Of a DNA stretch of 55,038 nt, positions 17,155 through 26,618 are shown one piece after another; the stretch's first letter is position 1; the number at the start of each line of letters is the position of its first letter. Under the pieces are notes generated by a model. It worked only from the letters and a program-made list of their open reading frames with translations. It did not search any database and was not told the origin of the DNA. The stretch comes from an uncultured Gammaproteobacteria bacterium (GTDB taxonomy: Bacteria > Patescibacteriota > Microgenomatia > 2-02-FULL-39-11). The DNA is taken from positions 1 to 55,038 of the forward strand of contig CAZFNL010000099.1 in assembly GCA_964520615.1 (NCBI GenBank). The letters run 5' to 3'. Made by a program: the position numbers and the translations under genes.

Positions 17155-19560
17155 ATGATGGTTGAAGCAATTGCACCGATGGGAATCGGAACAAATGGTT
17201 CTGCTGGAGATCATGATTTATCAAGTGCCAGAGCTTTTACTGTGATGGAGCGGTTGGGTGAGGGTAAAAAAGCAGTATCAGCCATGGCGCGGGATATGAG
17301 GACATATCAGGATGAATTTAGCACAGACGGAAGCGTCATAAACCAAGTTACATTGAGAATAGGCAAAAATGTAAAAGTGAGAAATAAAATTTCCGGACGG
17401 GAGGAATTCGTTAACACTTTGCTTTCAGAGGAAGGAGAAGCGGCAGAGGTATGGATTGATGATAAGGAGAATGGAGGACAAACCTATCGTCAGCTTATTG
17501 ATAAATATCATAAAATAGCTTCTGATGAGTCTAATATAACTGCCGTGTGGGTGAGTAGTAGGAAAGAAACGAAGGATACTCACGGAAGAAATAACAGGAT
17601 TTATAAGGCAGAAAAAAAAGGTGATACCGTCAAATTGACTTCATATACTGTAGGTGGGGATAGTGACACGCTATGGAATTTTTTGGATATAGTAACTGGA
17701 GAAAAACATGATCGTCACGATATGATTGAAGAGGAAACGGTTTTGGGCAAATCCCGGGGGAAAAATATTGACCATGCGAAAATATTTGAATCATTCTCCA
17801 AATCGTTCTCAGCAGAAAAAAGGGAAAGCGAGAAAAGTGTTTTAGAAAAGTTTAGGCAGGAAACATCGATCTCTGATTTCCAAAGAGAGTCAGAAAATAA
17901 GGCAAAGGAGCAATTCTATGCAGAGGAAATGGAAAAAATGGCAGAGAAAAACAAGAATATAAAAACAGCTTTTGCGATGGTGGCTCAAGCTTTGATTTTA
18001 CAAGTGGAAGAAGATTTTATTAGGGAAGGTGGAAATAATGGAACAAACGGTATTAAAAGACCTGAAACTAATGGGATATCCCCTCAAAGGATAACCGTTA
18101 GAGAAAGGAAAAAAGAAGAAAACTTCAAAGAGATAGATTTTTATGGCGATAATAAGGGTGATTTTGATAAATCTCAAACCGAATTTACCAAAGAGGTAAG
18201 GGATATTGATACTCTTGACCGGATGCGCGTGTTGGCTGCCTATGCTTTTATGAGGAGTTTTTTTGATGATACAGCAGGAATTACTGTTTTGCGAAGTGGG
18301 TTTCCAGTAAATATTTTAGATAAAAAAGAATGGTTCGAGCACGTGGAGGGGAAAGAAGAAAAGGAAATCTTAGACGGTGAAGAAAAGAACAATGAACCGA
18401 AGGAAATGTCGCGATGGAATTATGCCAATGACAATTTGGCTGAGATTGATTTGCTAGAAGCACAATTGCTGAATTTTGAACGGTTTCTTCTGATTCCTCA
18501 TAATCCAGATCAGTCTAATAAACCTTTAGCTTTAAGTGAGGAGAAGGAATATAGCGCTGAACATAGCAATAGGTTAGGTAGACAATTTGGAGAATTTAGT
18601 CTATCACAAGATGCTAAAGAAGTGCAGCAAGACTTTATGAAATTACATAGCCTTATTGCGCATAAATATAGATTTGATATTTCACAAGGCACATCTTTTC
18701 AAAAAGATGATTTTATTTTTCAACCGATGTGGGATGCAAATTTTACGGAAAGATTTGTACATATTTTCAGATATTTTGAGGATTTTAGTTTGGAATCTTC
18801 TCTTGCATGTGAGGAAAATAAGGCTACATATACAGGGAAGTGGGATAGTTTGACTCGTAATGGTAGAAGAGAAATATATACGGGTTTGATATTTCTGACG
18901 GGGGAGATAATAGATTTACTCAAGGATTCTAGAAATCAGACATTCTTAAAACCAGAAGTCCCTTCCATCCAAAAAAATATTTCAGATATTATTACCTCTT
19001 TGTCAGTACTTATGGAGGTATCTAGGATGGATAAAGTACCTGAACAGATTAAATTTCTGGTTTCAGCAATTATCTATATTCAGCTGAAACGGCTTATATC
19101 TGATTATTCCGACAGATTTACACAAGAAAATTTAGGTCAGTTACAGGAGAAAATAAAATTACTTAAAAGTTATGACAGCTTATTTGAGGAACAATACCTA
19201 AACTTAAAAGACAGGTTATTACCATTATTGTTATTGCAATACCGGATGTCTAATCTTGAAATTGATAAGTATGCAGAAGCATACTGGGAGATTCTTTTTA
19301 TAATTTATTGTCTTGTTTTATTTATCAAACTTAAGCAGAATATAATACAATCTCAAAATATCCAGAGGTGGTATAAAAAAGGCAAAGATCGGCGGGTAAA
19401 ATCAATAGAAAAACTGTTATTTTCAGGAAAAATTCAGGGCAAAAATGCAAATACAAAAAATATAAAAGTTAATGACAAGAGATTTAGAACAAATTTACTT
19501 CTGTCTGGAATAATTTACAGTTTTAGCGATACTGTTACTTCAGAGACAGCAATAAATTAA
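17155..19560 (+). CDS. large hypothetical protein, charged/helical, hydrophobic segment near the C-terminus
   Basis: 801-aa uninterrupted ORF with no motif I recognise. Confidence 0.7.
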   Translation: MMVEAIAPMGIGTNGSAGDHDLSSARAFTVMERLGEGKKAVSAMARDMRTYQDEFSTDGSVINQVTLRIGKNVKVRNKISGREEFVNTLLSEEGEAAEVWIDDKENGGQTYRQLIDKYHKIASDESNITAVWVSSRKETKDTHGRNNRIYKAEKKGDTVKLTSYTVGGDSDTLWNFLDIVTGEKHDRHDMIEEETVLGKSRGKNIDHAKIFESFSKSFSAEKRESEKSVLEKFRQETSISDFQRESENKAKEQFYAEEMEKMAEKNKNIKTAFAMVAQALILQVEEDFIREGGNNGTNGIKRPETNGISPQRITVRERKKEENFKEIDFYGDNKGDFDKSQTEFTKEVRDIDTLDRMRVLAAYAFMRSFFDDTAGITVLRSGFPVNILDKKEWFEHVEGKEEKEILDGEEKNNEPKEMSRWNYANDNLAEIDLLEAQLLNFERFLLIPHNPDQSNKPLALSEEKEYSAEHSNRLGRQFGEFSLSQDAKEVQQDFMKLHSLIAHKYRFDISQGTSFQKDDFIFQPMWDANFTERFVHIFRYFEDFSLESSLACEENKATYTGKWDSLTRNGRREIYTGLIFLTGEIIDLLKDSRNQTFLKPEVPSIQKNISDIITSLSVLMEVSRMDKVPEQIKFLVSAIIYIQLKRLISDYSDRFTQENLGQLQEKIKLLKSYDSLFEEQYLNLKDRLLPLLLLQYRMSNLEIDKYAEAYWEILFIIYCLVLFIKLKQNIIQSQNIQRWYKKGKDRRVKSIEKLLFSGKIQGKNANTKNIKVNDKRFRTNLLLSGIIYSFSDTVTSETAIN

Positions 19561-19615
19561 CGCCACTTGTCAAGGCTGGAGCATATATGACACAATAGAA
19601 AGGAAGGGGGACAGT

Positions 19616-20089
19616 GTGAAAAGAAATTCAAAAAATTTGTTTATATTTATCGGTTTAATCATAGTAATTTTGGTTGTATTTGGGCAATATGTGTTGCAAA
19701 AACAGCAGTCTGTCATTAATTTACCAAATATCATAAACCGTAATATTCAAACCACAGAGCTAAACAGCCAGCAACAGCCGTCACCTACGCAGAGCGCAAC
19801 ATCTTTGGAAACAGTGTCAATTGATTTTGGTAATGGAAAAAATGAAAAAGGTGAAGTCTACGTGCAGACGGTGTACCAGGCGCTTCAGAAGTTGGCTACT
19901 GACAAGAAAATAGATGTCGAGATAAAACAGTATAAATACGGAATAATGGTGATCAAGATTGGCGATATGGCAAATGGTGGACAATACGGCTGGATATATA
20001 AGGTAAATGGGAAAACGGGTACAATTGCTGCTGATAGATATGTGATATATCCAGGAGATCATGTCGAATGGATTTATTCTAAATTTTAA
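19616..20089 (+). CDS. membrane-anchored DUF4430/transcobalamin-beta-like protein (putative cobalamin-binding)
   Basis: N-terminal TM, S/T/Q linker, YGIMVIKIG...GWIYKVNG...AADRYVIYPGDHVEWIY beta-grasp motif. Confidence 0.75.
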   Translation: MKRNSKNLFIFIGLIIVILVVFGQYVLQKQQSVINLPNIINRNIQTTELNSQQQPSPTQSATSLETVSIDFGNGKNEKGEVYVQTVYQALQKLATDKKIDVEIKQYKYGIMVIKIGDMANGGQYGWIYKVNGKTGTIAADRYVIYPGDHVEWIYSKF

Positions 20090-20099
20090 TTTGAGGAAA

Positions 20100-20693
20100 A
20101 TGGGAAGAGAAGAGAAAAAAAAATATTTACTCGCTTTTATCCTAGTAATTTTAGGTATTCTCTCTAGAACAGTTTTTCATATCGGAGATAATGTGGAATT
20201 TGTTACCTCAGCAACTCTTCTCTCAGCTGCGTACTTGGGTAAAAAATACGCTTTGGTTGTACCTTTTCTTATTATGTCGGTAACAGATTTATTTATTGGA
20301 AATACAAGTATATTTATATTCACATGGAGCGGTTATATTGTGATCGGTTTGATGGGAATTTTGAAACTAAATTTTAGGAGTAAAGCTGCCGGAAAAAAAA
20401 GTTTAGTTTTTAAGCTTTTAACGGCAGGAGGTGTAGGTATCGCCGCGTCTTTTTGGTTTTATCTTTGGACGAATTTCGGCGTATGGCTTTTGGATAATTG
20501 GGGCATGTATCCAAGAACGTTGTTCGGATTAGTCGATGCTTATATTTTAGGTTTGCCTTTTTTCAAATACAACCTCATGGGCAATGTAGTTTTAGTTCCG
20601 GTTTCTTTCTTCACAGCTGAAACCATAAAAACTTTTCTGTCTTCACTTAATTTTTCTGGAATAAAATTGAATCATAAAGCAGGGGAAAACTGA
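20100..20693 (+). CDS. DUF6580-like/ECF S-component-like membrane protein (putative cobalamin transporter)
   Basis: About 6 TM helices; SR..H...N.E.V.....L, FYLWTNFGVW, YPRT..GL...Y..GLPF pattern. Confidence 0.7.
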   Translation: MGREEKKKYLLAFILVILGILSRTVFHIGDNVEFVTSATLLSAAYLGKKYALVVPFLIMSVTDLFIGNTSIFIFTWSGYIVIGLMGILKLNFRSKAAGKKSLVFKLLTAGGVGIAASFWFYLWTNFGVWLLDNWGMYPRTLFGLVDAYILGLPFFKYNLMGNVVLVPVSFFTAETIKTFLSSLNFSGIKLNHKAGEN

Positions 20694-20728
20694 CCGTTTA
20701 TCCACATAAATTAAGTTAAAGAATAATT

Positions 20729-21202
20729 ATGAACACCACACCTGCCAACTCCCAACAGAAGAATTATTCTCAAAGCATAAAAAGCAATTCGGGGATAAAG
20801 TCAGATAATGGGGCAAAAAATCAGACAGTATCTGTATCGGTAGGGAAAGAACATGAAGCGATAAAAATTGCATCTTTCGAGATGCCCCAAATGATTTCTA
20901 AAGAAGTTGAGATACCAAAGGAAGTATTAGAGGTGGGAGTGACAGCAATAAAAGAATCAATTGAATTACCCCCTGATGTCAAAAAGTTGGGAGTAACTCA
21001 ATCTGGGGCTTCTATTCCCTTTTCTGTTCCAGTACCAAATGTAGTTTTGCCCATCTCGGATCAGCAGGTTGTAGCGGGACTTCATAGTCAAATAAGCAGT
21101 GCTTTGCGATGGATGGCCGTATGGTGTGTCAAAAAACTAAAGAAGGCTCATGTAATGCTCAAAGTCATACACGGAAAAATAATCAGAGTAAAATCTGATT
21201 AG
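20729..21202 (+). CDS. hypothetical protein
   Basis: 157-aa ORF with low-complexity N-terminus and SALRWMAVWC..KLK C-terminal block. Confidence 0.65.
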   Translation: MNTTPANSQQKNYSQSIKSNSGIKSDNGAKNQTVSVSVGKEHEAIKIASFEMPQMISKEVEIPKEVLEVGVTAIKESIELPPDVKKLGVTQSGASIPFSVPVPNVVLPISDQQVVAGLHSQISSALRWMAVWCVKKLKKAHVMLKVIHGKIIRVKSD

Positions 21203-21244
21203 AAAATAGAATTATTTATCTAGTTAATATCGCTTTAAGTTTCC

Positions 21245-23590
21245 ATGTACACTGATCCCTCACAAATTGTTTTTAGGCTTGAAGACTTAGCTTTGGTTAT
21301 GGGAGCGTTGGTAATTCTTTTAGTAGGATTGTCGCTTCTTTCATATTTTCTTTTTCTTTGGTGGAAACACCGGGGACGCGAGAAAAAAAGCCTTGAATTT
21401 GTGTTATTGCAGGTGATGGTTCCCAAAAATAATGAAATAAAAATTGATGCGGCTGAGCAGTTTTTTTCCTCTCTTGCTTCACTCTCTCACGGAGGATTTT
21501 TGTCATTCTTGAAAGCTTCGGATCATATTTCATTTGAGATAGTCGGTACCCCCGGAGACATAAAGTTTTATATCTCTGTTCATCACCATTTGCGCGATTT
21601 GTTAGAAAAGCAGATCTACGGAATGTATCCAGAGGCAGAAATTAAAGAAGTGGATGAATATAATATTTTTAATGAAAACGGAAAAGTAGCTTTTGCCTCC
21701 TATATACTACAGCATGCGGACTTTTACCCGATGCGTTTTTATAAAGACTTGCCTGTTGATCCTCTTTCGGCAGTTACTTCTGCACTAGGGAAAATGCAGG
21801 CTGGGGAAGGTGCTTCTATACAAATATTGATAACTCCTGCTGATGGTAAGTGGAAGAAGAAGGGTAGAAGTTACGTTTCCAGCATCAAGAAAAATGAAGC
21901 CAATCCTGAAAAAGCAAAGTATAATGTCGATCCTAAAGTGCTTGAGGCGGTTGAAAACAAAACCTCAAAACCTGGTTTTAAGACTGTTATAAGAGTAGTA
22001 GTAACCTCGACAACGCTTGAGTCAGCCAACATGCATCTTCATAATATTGAGGCGGTCTTTGCACAGTTTGCTTCCGACTTAAATCACTTTACCCGTGCCA
22101 AGCACCTAATGAAGAGTTCATTTATGGTGGATTTTATATATCGGTATTTTCCTATGGTGAACTGGCCACATAGGCAATTTTCTATTCTTTCCAGTGAAGA
22201 GTTGGCTACAATATTCCATTTTCCCAATAAAACTATTGAAACGCCTCATATCAATTGGGTAACATCCAAAAAAGCCCCAGCTCCGGCTGAAACTCCAACA
22301 TCAGGAATGTATTTGGGTAAAAGTGTCTACCGTGGAATTATGCGTCCTGTCTACATGCAACTTGATGACAGAAGGCGGCATGTTTATATAATTGGGAAAA
22401 CAGGGGTTGGTAAATCCGTACTTCTAAAAGATATGATTTTGCAGGATATAAAGGAAGGGAAGGGAGTTGCAGCCATTGATCCTCACGGAGATTTAGTTGA
22501 GGGACTTTTACCTCTTATTCCTCCAGAAAGAGCTGAGGATATTATCTATTTTGACCCTTCAGATATAGAAAGACCAATGGGACTTAATATGCTTGAGGCC
22601 TATACCGAGGAACAGAAACATTTTATAGTCACTTCAATCATAGGGTTAATGTACAAACTTTATGATCCGCAGAAAACAGGTATTATTGGTCCACGATTTG
22701 AGCATGCCATAAGAAACGCAATGTTGACTGTTATGGTGGAGCCAGGCGCTTCTTTTGTAGAGGTTGTTAGAGTTCTGACTGACTCTTCATATGTTCAAGA
22801 GCTTCTTCCAAAAATTCAGGATCCGATTGTGAGACGTTATTGGACTGACCAGATTGCGCAGACTTCAGATTTTCATAAATCTGAAGTATTGGATTATATT
22901 GTTTCAAAATTCGGCCGGTTTGTCACTAATAAACTTATGAGAAACATCATTGGACAAAGTAAGAGTGCTTTTGATTTTAGAAAAGTGATGGATGAAGGGA
23001 AGATTCTTCTTGTCAATCTTGCCAAGGGAAAACTGGGAGAAGAAAATTCCAGTTTCCTTGGTTTAATCCTGGTGCCAAAAATTCTGGTAGCCGCCATGAG
23101 TCGAGTGGATACTCCTGAAGATAAAAGAAGAGACTTTTTTCTTTATGTTGATGAATTCCAGAATTTTGCAACACCTGATTTTGCCCAGATACTCTCTGAG
23201 GCTAGGAAATTCAGGCTAAACCTTTGTGTGGCTAACCAGTTTATAGGACAAATGGAGGAGGAGGTAAAAAACGCCGTCTTTGGTAACGTTGGAACACTGA
23301 TTGCATTTAGAGTAGGCGTAACTGATGCTAATTATTTACAGCACTGGTTTACCCCGGTATTTAATGAAGGCGATCTTATTAATGTTGATGTTTATAATGC
23401 CTATGTAAATACCATAGTAGGGAATAAACCGGTTCCACCATTTTCTGTTGATTTGAGAAAAGATATGGCAGCGCAAAAGAAGATTGAAAACCCCAAGGTG
23501 GCAGAGGCGATACTTTCTCTTTCACGGCTGAAGTACGGAAGGCCTAGGGAACTAGTGGAAGCAGAAATATCTCAGCGCGCTAAACTATAA
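21245..23590 (+). CDS. membrane-anchored TraD/VirD4/HerA-FtsK-like P-loop ATPase (CPR-typical)
   Basis: N-terminal TM; HVYIIGKTGVGKS Walker A, IDPHGDL, LYVDEFQNF Walker B, SEARKF, ANQ. Confidence 0.88.
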   Translation: MYTDPSQIVFRLEDLALVMGALVILLVGLSLLSYFLFLWWKHRGREKKSLEFVLLQVMVPKNNEIKIDAAEQFFSSLASLSHGGFLSFLKASDHISFEIVGTPGDIKFYISVHHHLRDLLEKQIYGMYPEAEIKEVDEYNIFNENGKVAFASYILQHADFYPMRFYKDLPVDPLSAVTSALGKMQAGEGASIQILITPADGKWKKKGRSYVSSIKKNEANPEKAKYNVDPKVLEAVENKTSKPGFKTVIRVVVTSTTLESANMHLHNIEAVFAQFASDLNHFTRAKHLMKSSFMVDFIYRYFPMVNWPHRQFSILSSEELATIFHFPNKTIETPHINWVTSKKAPAPAETPTSGMYLGKSVYRGIMRPVYMQLDDRRRHVYIIGKTGVGKSVLLKDMILQDIKEGKGVAAIDPHGDLVEGLLPLIPPERAEDIIYFDPSDIERPMGLNMLEAYTEEQKHFIVTSIIGLMYKLYDPQKTGIIGPRFEHAIRNAMLTVMVEPGASFVEVVRVLTDSSYVQELLPKIQDPIVRRYWTDQIAQTSDFHKSEVLDYIVSKFGRFVTNKLMRNIIGQSKSAFDFRKVMDEGKILLVNLAKGKLGEENSSFLGLILVPKILVAAMSRVDTPEDKRRDFFLYVDEFQNFATPDFAQILSEARKFRLNLCVANQFIGQMEEEVKNAVFGNVGTLIAFRVGVTDANYLQHWFTPVFNEGDLINVDVYNAYVNTIVGNKPVPPFSVDLRKDMAAQKKIENPKVAEAILSLSRLKYGRPRELVEAEISQRAKL

Positions 23591-23592
23591 AA

Positions 23593-23621
23593 TTTACATT
23601 TCTCCCCGTATATTCTATAAT
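23593..23621 (+). promoter_or_regulatory. promoter upstream of tRNA-Ile(UAU)
   Basis: TTTACA-17-TATAAT. Confidence 0.7.
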
Positions 23622-23707
23622 TTCAGACACGTTAGCGCTCTGTTCCTTTAATTTTCGACTGGCTAAATAATTTGTAAGAGAGACAAAATTTATGGGGCAG
23701 GCTGCAT

Positions 23708-23779
23708 GGAACCGTAGTTCACCGGCAGAACGCGACTCTTATAAAGTCGATGTAGATGGTTCGACTCCATCCGGTTCCA
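23708..23779 (+). tRNA. tRNA-Ile(UAU)
   Basis: Cloverleaf GGAACCG/CGGTTCC, D arm GTTC/GAAC, anticodon arm CGACT-CT[TAT]AA-AGTCG, T arm GATGG-TTCGACT-CCATC, A73; no encoded CCA. Confidence 0.9.
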
Positions 23780-23853
23780 CAGGAGAACTCAAAACCTTTA
23801 TCTATTTCAAGCCGCTGAAGACGTACAGAGTCGCGGTTTTATCCGGTTCCACA
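23769..23853 (+). repeat. 13-bp direct repeat of the tRNA-Ile 3' end
   Basis: ATCCGGTTCCACA at 23769-23781 and 23841-23853 (offset 72). Confidence 0.85.
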
Positions 23854-23965
23854 TTCGTCGCTTCCGCTCCTCAGTGCAGGCACGTAATCTTTAATATACT
23901 GTTTCAAAGACCTGATGATTTTTTGCTTAGAAAAATGAAGGAATAAGGCTGAAGATAAAAAGGAA

Positions 23966-24835
23966 TTAAAGCTCTTCCAGTTTCAGGTTGGAGACGGCCT
24001 TGTCCTTTATGAGGTCTAGGTATTTTTCTGTGGTAGCCAGTCTTTTGTGGCCTACTAACTGGCTGATCATGGTAAGATCGGTTCCTGCAGCTAGATGGTG
24101 TGCGATAAAAGTATGTCTGAGATCATTTACTTTGGCGTTTTCAATACCGGCAATCTTAAAATATCTATCTATAGTAGTCCTGATATTGCGAACTAATAGC
24201 GGCCTGCCGGTTTTGGTGACAAAAAGAGCTTCGCCATTGGTTTTTGGTCTTATTGTTAGCCATTTATCCAATGCGGCTTTGGCTGCCTTATTCAAAGGTA
24301 TTGTGCGTTGCGGATGGCTCTCTTGAGGTCTAATTATCAATTCTCTTTCATTGGTATCTATCAGTTTCAAATTAGCCAATTCTCCAATTCTTATACCCGT
24401 TTGAAGGAAGAGTTCCACGATGGCATAAGTTCTTATATCCGACCTGCAGGCGTCCCTTAAAGCCCTATATTCCATCTTTGATAGTATTCTGGGGGGTTTA
24501 GTCTCATATTTTGGATGTGTAATCTCTGCTGCCGGATTGGTTGTAATAAGATTTTGGTTTTTAAGAAACCGATAGAATGTTTTTATGGAGTTTATTTTTC
24601 GGGAAAGAGATTTAAGAGTATAACCATCTGTGGAAAGTTTTTTCAGAAAGCCATCAAGATCTATTTTTTCTACTTCTATAATCTGCTTTTTGCCCATGTC
24701 AGAAAGAAAGGCGACCAGCTGCTCTATATCTTTGCTGTATGCTAAAATAGTAGCGTGAGCCCTTCTGTTTTCTGTGAGGTATCTGATAAATTGCTCACGA
24801 GCAGAAGACAAATCAGTATTTTTATCTGAATTCAT
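23966..24835 (-). CDS. XerC/XerD-like tyrosine recombinase (non-canonical active site)
   Basis: SAM-like N-domain (TILAYSKD, SLSRKINSIKTFYRF); TGIRIGE, NDLRHTF, LVGH, TTEKY. Confidence 0.85.
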   Translation of the reverse strand: MNSDKNTDLSSAREQFIRYLTENRRAHATILAYSKDIEQLVAFLSDMGKKQIIEVEKIDLDGFLKKLSTDGYTLKSLSRKINSIKTFYRFLKNQNLITTNPAAEITHPKYETKPPRILSKMEYRALRDACRSDIRTYAIVELFLQTGIRIGELANLKLIDTNERELIIRPQESHPQRTIPLNKAAKAALDKWLTIRPKTNGEALFVTKTGRPLLVRNIRTTIDRYFKIAGIENAKVNDLRHTFIAHHLAAGTDLTMISQLVGHKRLATTEKYLDLIKDKAVSNLKLEEL

Positions 24836-24873
24836 GGGGCCTATAATACATCAAGAAGGGATTTTTGTCAATT

Positions 24874-25218
24874 ATGGACCGATATAAACTGCTAAATTGG
24901 ATACTTTTGATAGTGTTTGTTATGCTTGGGGTAGGAATAGTCCGTTCATGGGTAAAGATTTCCCAACGGGAAAAAATTATACAGAGTACCCAAAATCAGC
25001 TTCAGGATGCGCAAAACAATAATAATCAGCTGGAAAGGAAACTGGCTGAGGTGGAAAGTAAGCAATATATAGAAAAGGAAGCGCGGGATAAATTGAACCT
25101 GGGTAAAGAAGACGAGGTGGTACTTCTACTTCCTACAGTCTCCCCAATAGCGGAACCATCGCCTACGCCTCAGGATGCAAGTCTGAATTGGCAAAAGTGG
25201 GTAAAACTTTTTTTCTAA
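24874..25218 (+). CDS. FtsB/DivIC septum formation initiator family
   Basis: TM, coiled coil, YIEKEARDKLNL.K.DE. Confidence 0.85.
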   Translation: MDRYKLLNWILLIVFVMLGVGIVRSWVKISQREKIIQSTQNQLQDAQNNNNQLERKLAEVESKQYIEKEARDKLNLGKEDEVVLLLPTVSPIAEPSPTPQDASLNWQKWVKLFF

Positions 25219-25226
25219 AATAAGTT

Positions 25227-26234
25227 ATGGCTTACAGTATAGACAGTGAGGGCATGATTACGGAAAAATCAAAGAAGAAAATGGTTTTACCCTCACATTT
25301 ACATAAGTTATTTACCCCTGGAATTCTAAGCGTCTTAAGCATAGCAGCAATACTGATAATTATTAGGATTTTTTTGCCTCAACCTCCCCAGAGCTCAAGT
25401 AATTTTATTTACAAGCATCAATTAGGAAACTTGATACCTACGACAAGTCAAGATAACCCAAATTGGCTAATTGATATATTACTAAAGATTACTCCAGGTA
25501 CAAACAGGAAAATTGATACAGATGCTATTAACCCACAAAGCCCACTGGTTACCGGTGCGCATGTGGAAAATGCAGATAAAAAAAACAGTCTATCTGTGAC
25601 CGGAAGCGGGAATGTACAAAATCAAGATTCCCAAAATAGTACTTCAAACAGTTCTAAACAGGGAGGGATGTCATCTTCGGATGGATTAGTCAATACATCA
25701 CATTCCCAAACCTCTGTCAATTCCAATAATGGAAATTCTGTAAATCTTACACCCACTCCAGTCACTAGCGTACAGATAATCTTTCAGGATCCTAATGGGC
25801 AGACTCAAGTCTATACTCCGCCTTCCACACCTCCCGTACAAGTGACATGGGCAGTCTATGATAATCCCCAGGATAGATACATGATCCAATATCCATCAAA
25901 CTGGCAGATGATAAAAAATGTTTCCAACAATCACGAGGGGATTGCGGTATTTCCTCCGGGATATGACATAAATTCTCCTGATACACCTCATATAGGGCTT
26001 GGAGTGGCGGCAAATTACACAATGCCCCAGGTAAACAATAATCCGCCATACGTAGTACCGATAGTTGTTGACGGGGTAAACGGAACTCTATATACGCAGG
26101 GGGCTTTAGGACAAAGCTATATAGCTTCAATATTTCCGAGGTTCAACGGATCGTTTGGAATAGCCAGTAATGTTAGTACTTTGGACATAACCTATATATA
26201 CAATTACATGCTGACTTCAATCATTTTCTATTAA
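25227..26234 (+). CDS. single-TM exported protein with S/N/T-rich linker and possible PsbP-like C-terminal domain
   Basis: TM near aa 30-50, low-complexity linker, W..Y.N....Y.IQYPSNW motif. Confidence 0.6.
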   Translation: MAYSIDSEGMITEKSKKKMVLPSHLHKLFTPGILSVLSIAAILIIIRIFLPQPPQSSSNFIYKHQLGNLIPTTSQDNPNWLIDILLKITPGTNRKIDTDAINPQSPLVTGAHVENADKKNSLSVTGSGNVQNQDSQNSTSNSSKQGGMSSSDGLVNTSHSQTSVNSNNGNSVNLTPTPVTSVQIIFQDPNGQTQVYTPPSTPPVQVTWAVYDNPQDRYMIQYPSNWQMIKNVSNNHEGIAVFPPGYDINSPDTPHIGLGVAANYTMPQVNNNPPYVVPIVVDGVNGTLYTQGALGQSYIASIFPRFNGSFGIASNVSTLDITYIYNYMLTSIIFY

Positions 26235-26240
26235 AATATT

Positions 26241-26427
26241 GTGCCTGCGACAGGATTCGGACAGGAGATTTGTGATACAGTACCAGCGACAGGATTCGGA
26301 CCTGTGACCCACGCCTTATGAAGACGCTGCTCTACCACTGAGCTACGCTGGCAATGTTTCAATGGTTGTTTGATTTTGAATTGTAAAGTGCATATAAGCC
26401 GTTACTACCACTGAGCTACGCTGGCAA
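26241..26427 (-). repeat. partial direct copies of both ends of tRNA-Met
   Basis: 26247-26262 = 26286-26301 (16 nt exact, 20/22 extended; tRNA 3' end). 26405-26427 = 26332-26354 (23 nt exact; tRNA 5' end plus D arm). Confidence 0.9.
26281..26352 (-). tRNA. tRNA-Met(CAU), probably elongator
   Basis: GCCAGCG/CGCTGGT acceptor, GCTC-AGTGGTA-GAGC, GCGTC-TT[CAT]AA-GGCGT, ACAGG-TCCGAAT-CCTGT. Confidence 0.88.
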
Positions 26428-26618
26428 GCTATATTACTGAAGTTTTACCCAAAACTTAATTCAAGGTTTGATAATACTCTCTTGAGGTAGCTTGCTATTC
26501 GTCAATTTTCCAATTATAGCATAAAGAATTCGGCTAGAAAAAAAGAAAACAAAGTTATGAAATTTAATATTATAAAAGTTTATTAACTTTTTGGTACGGA
26601 TGGTATATACTCTACGAA

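Noticed and set aside
23692-23946. 84-aa ORF
   Set aside because: Overlaps tRNA-Ile(UAU)
23782-26240. Prophage or genomic island integrated at tRNA-Ile or tRNA-Met
   Set aside because: The repeats enclose under 60 nt of unique DNA, the recombinase lies outside them, and neighbours (FtsB-like) are housekeeping
26281-26352. tRNA-Ile2(CAU) assignment
   Set aside because: Cannot be excluded by eye, but a UAU Ile tRNA is present so elongator Met is more parsimonious
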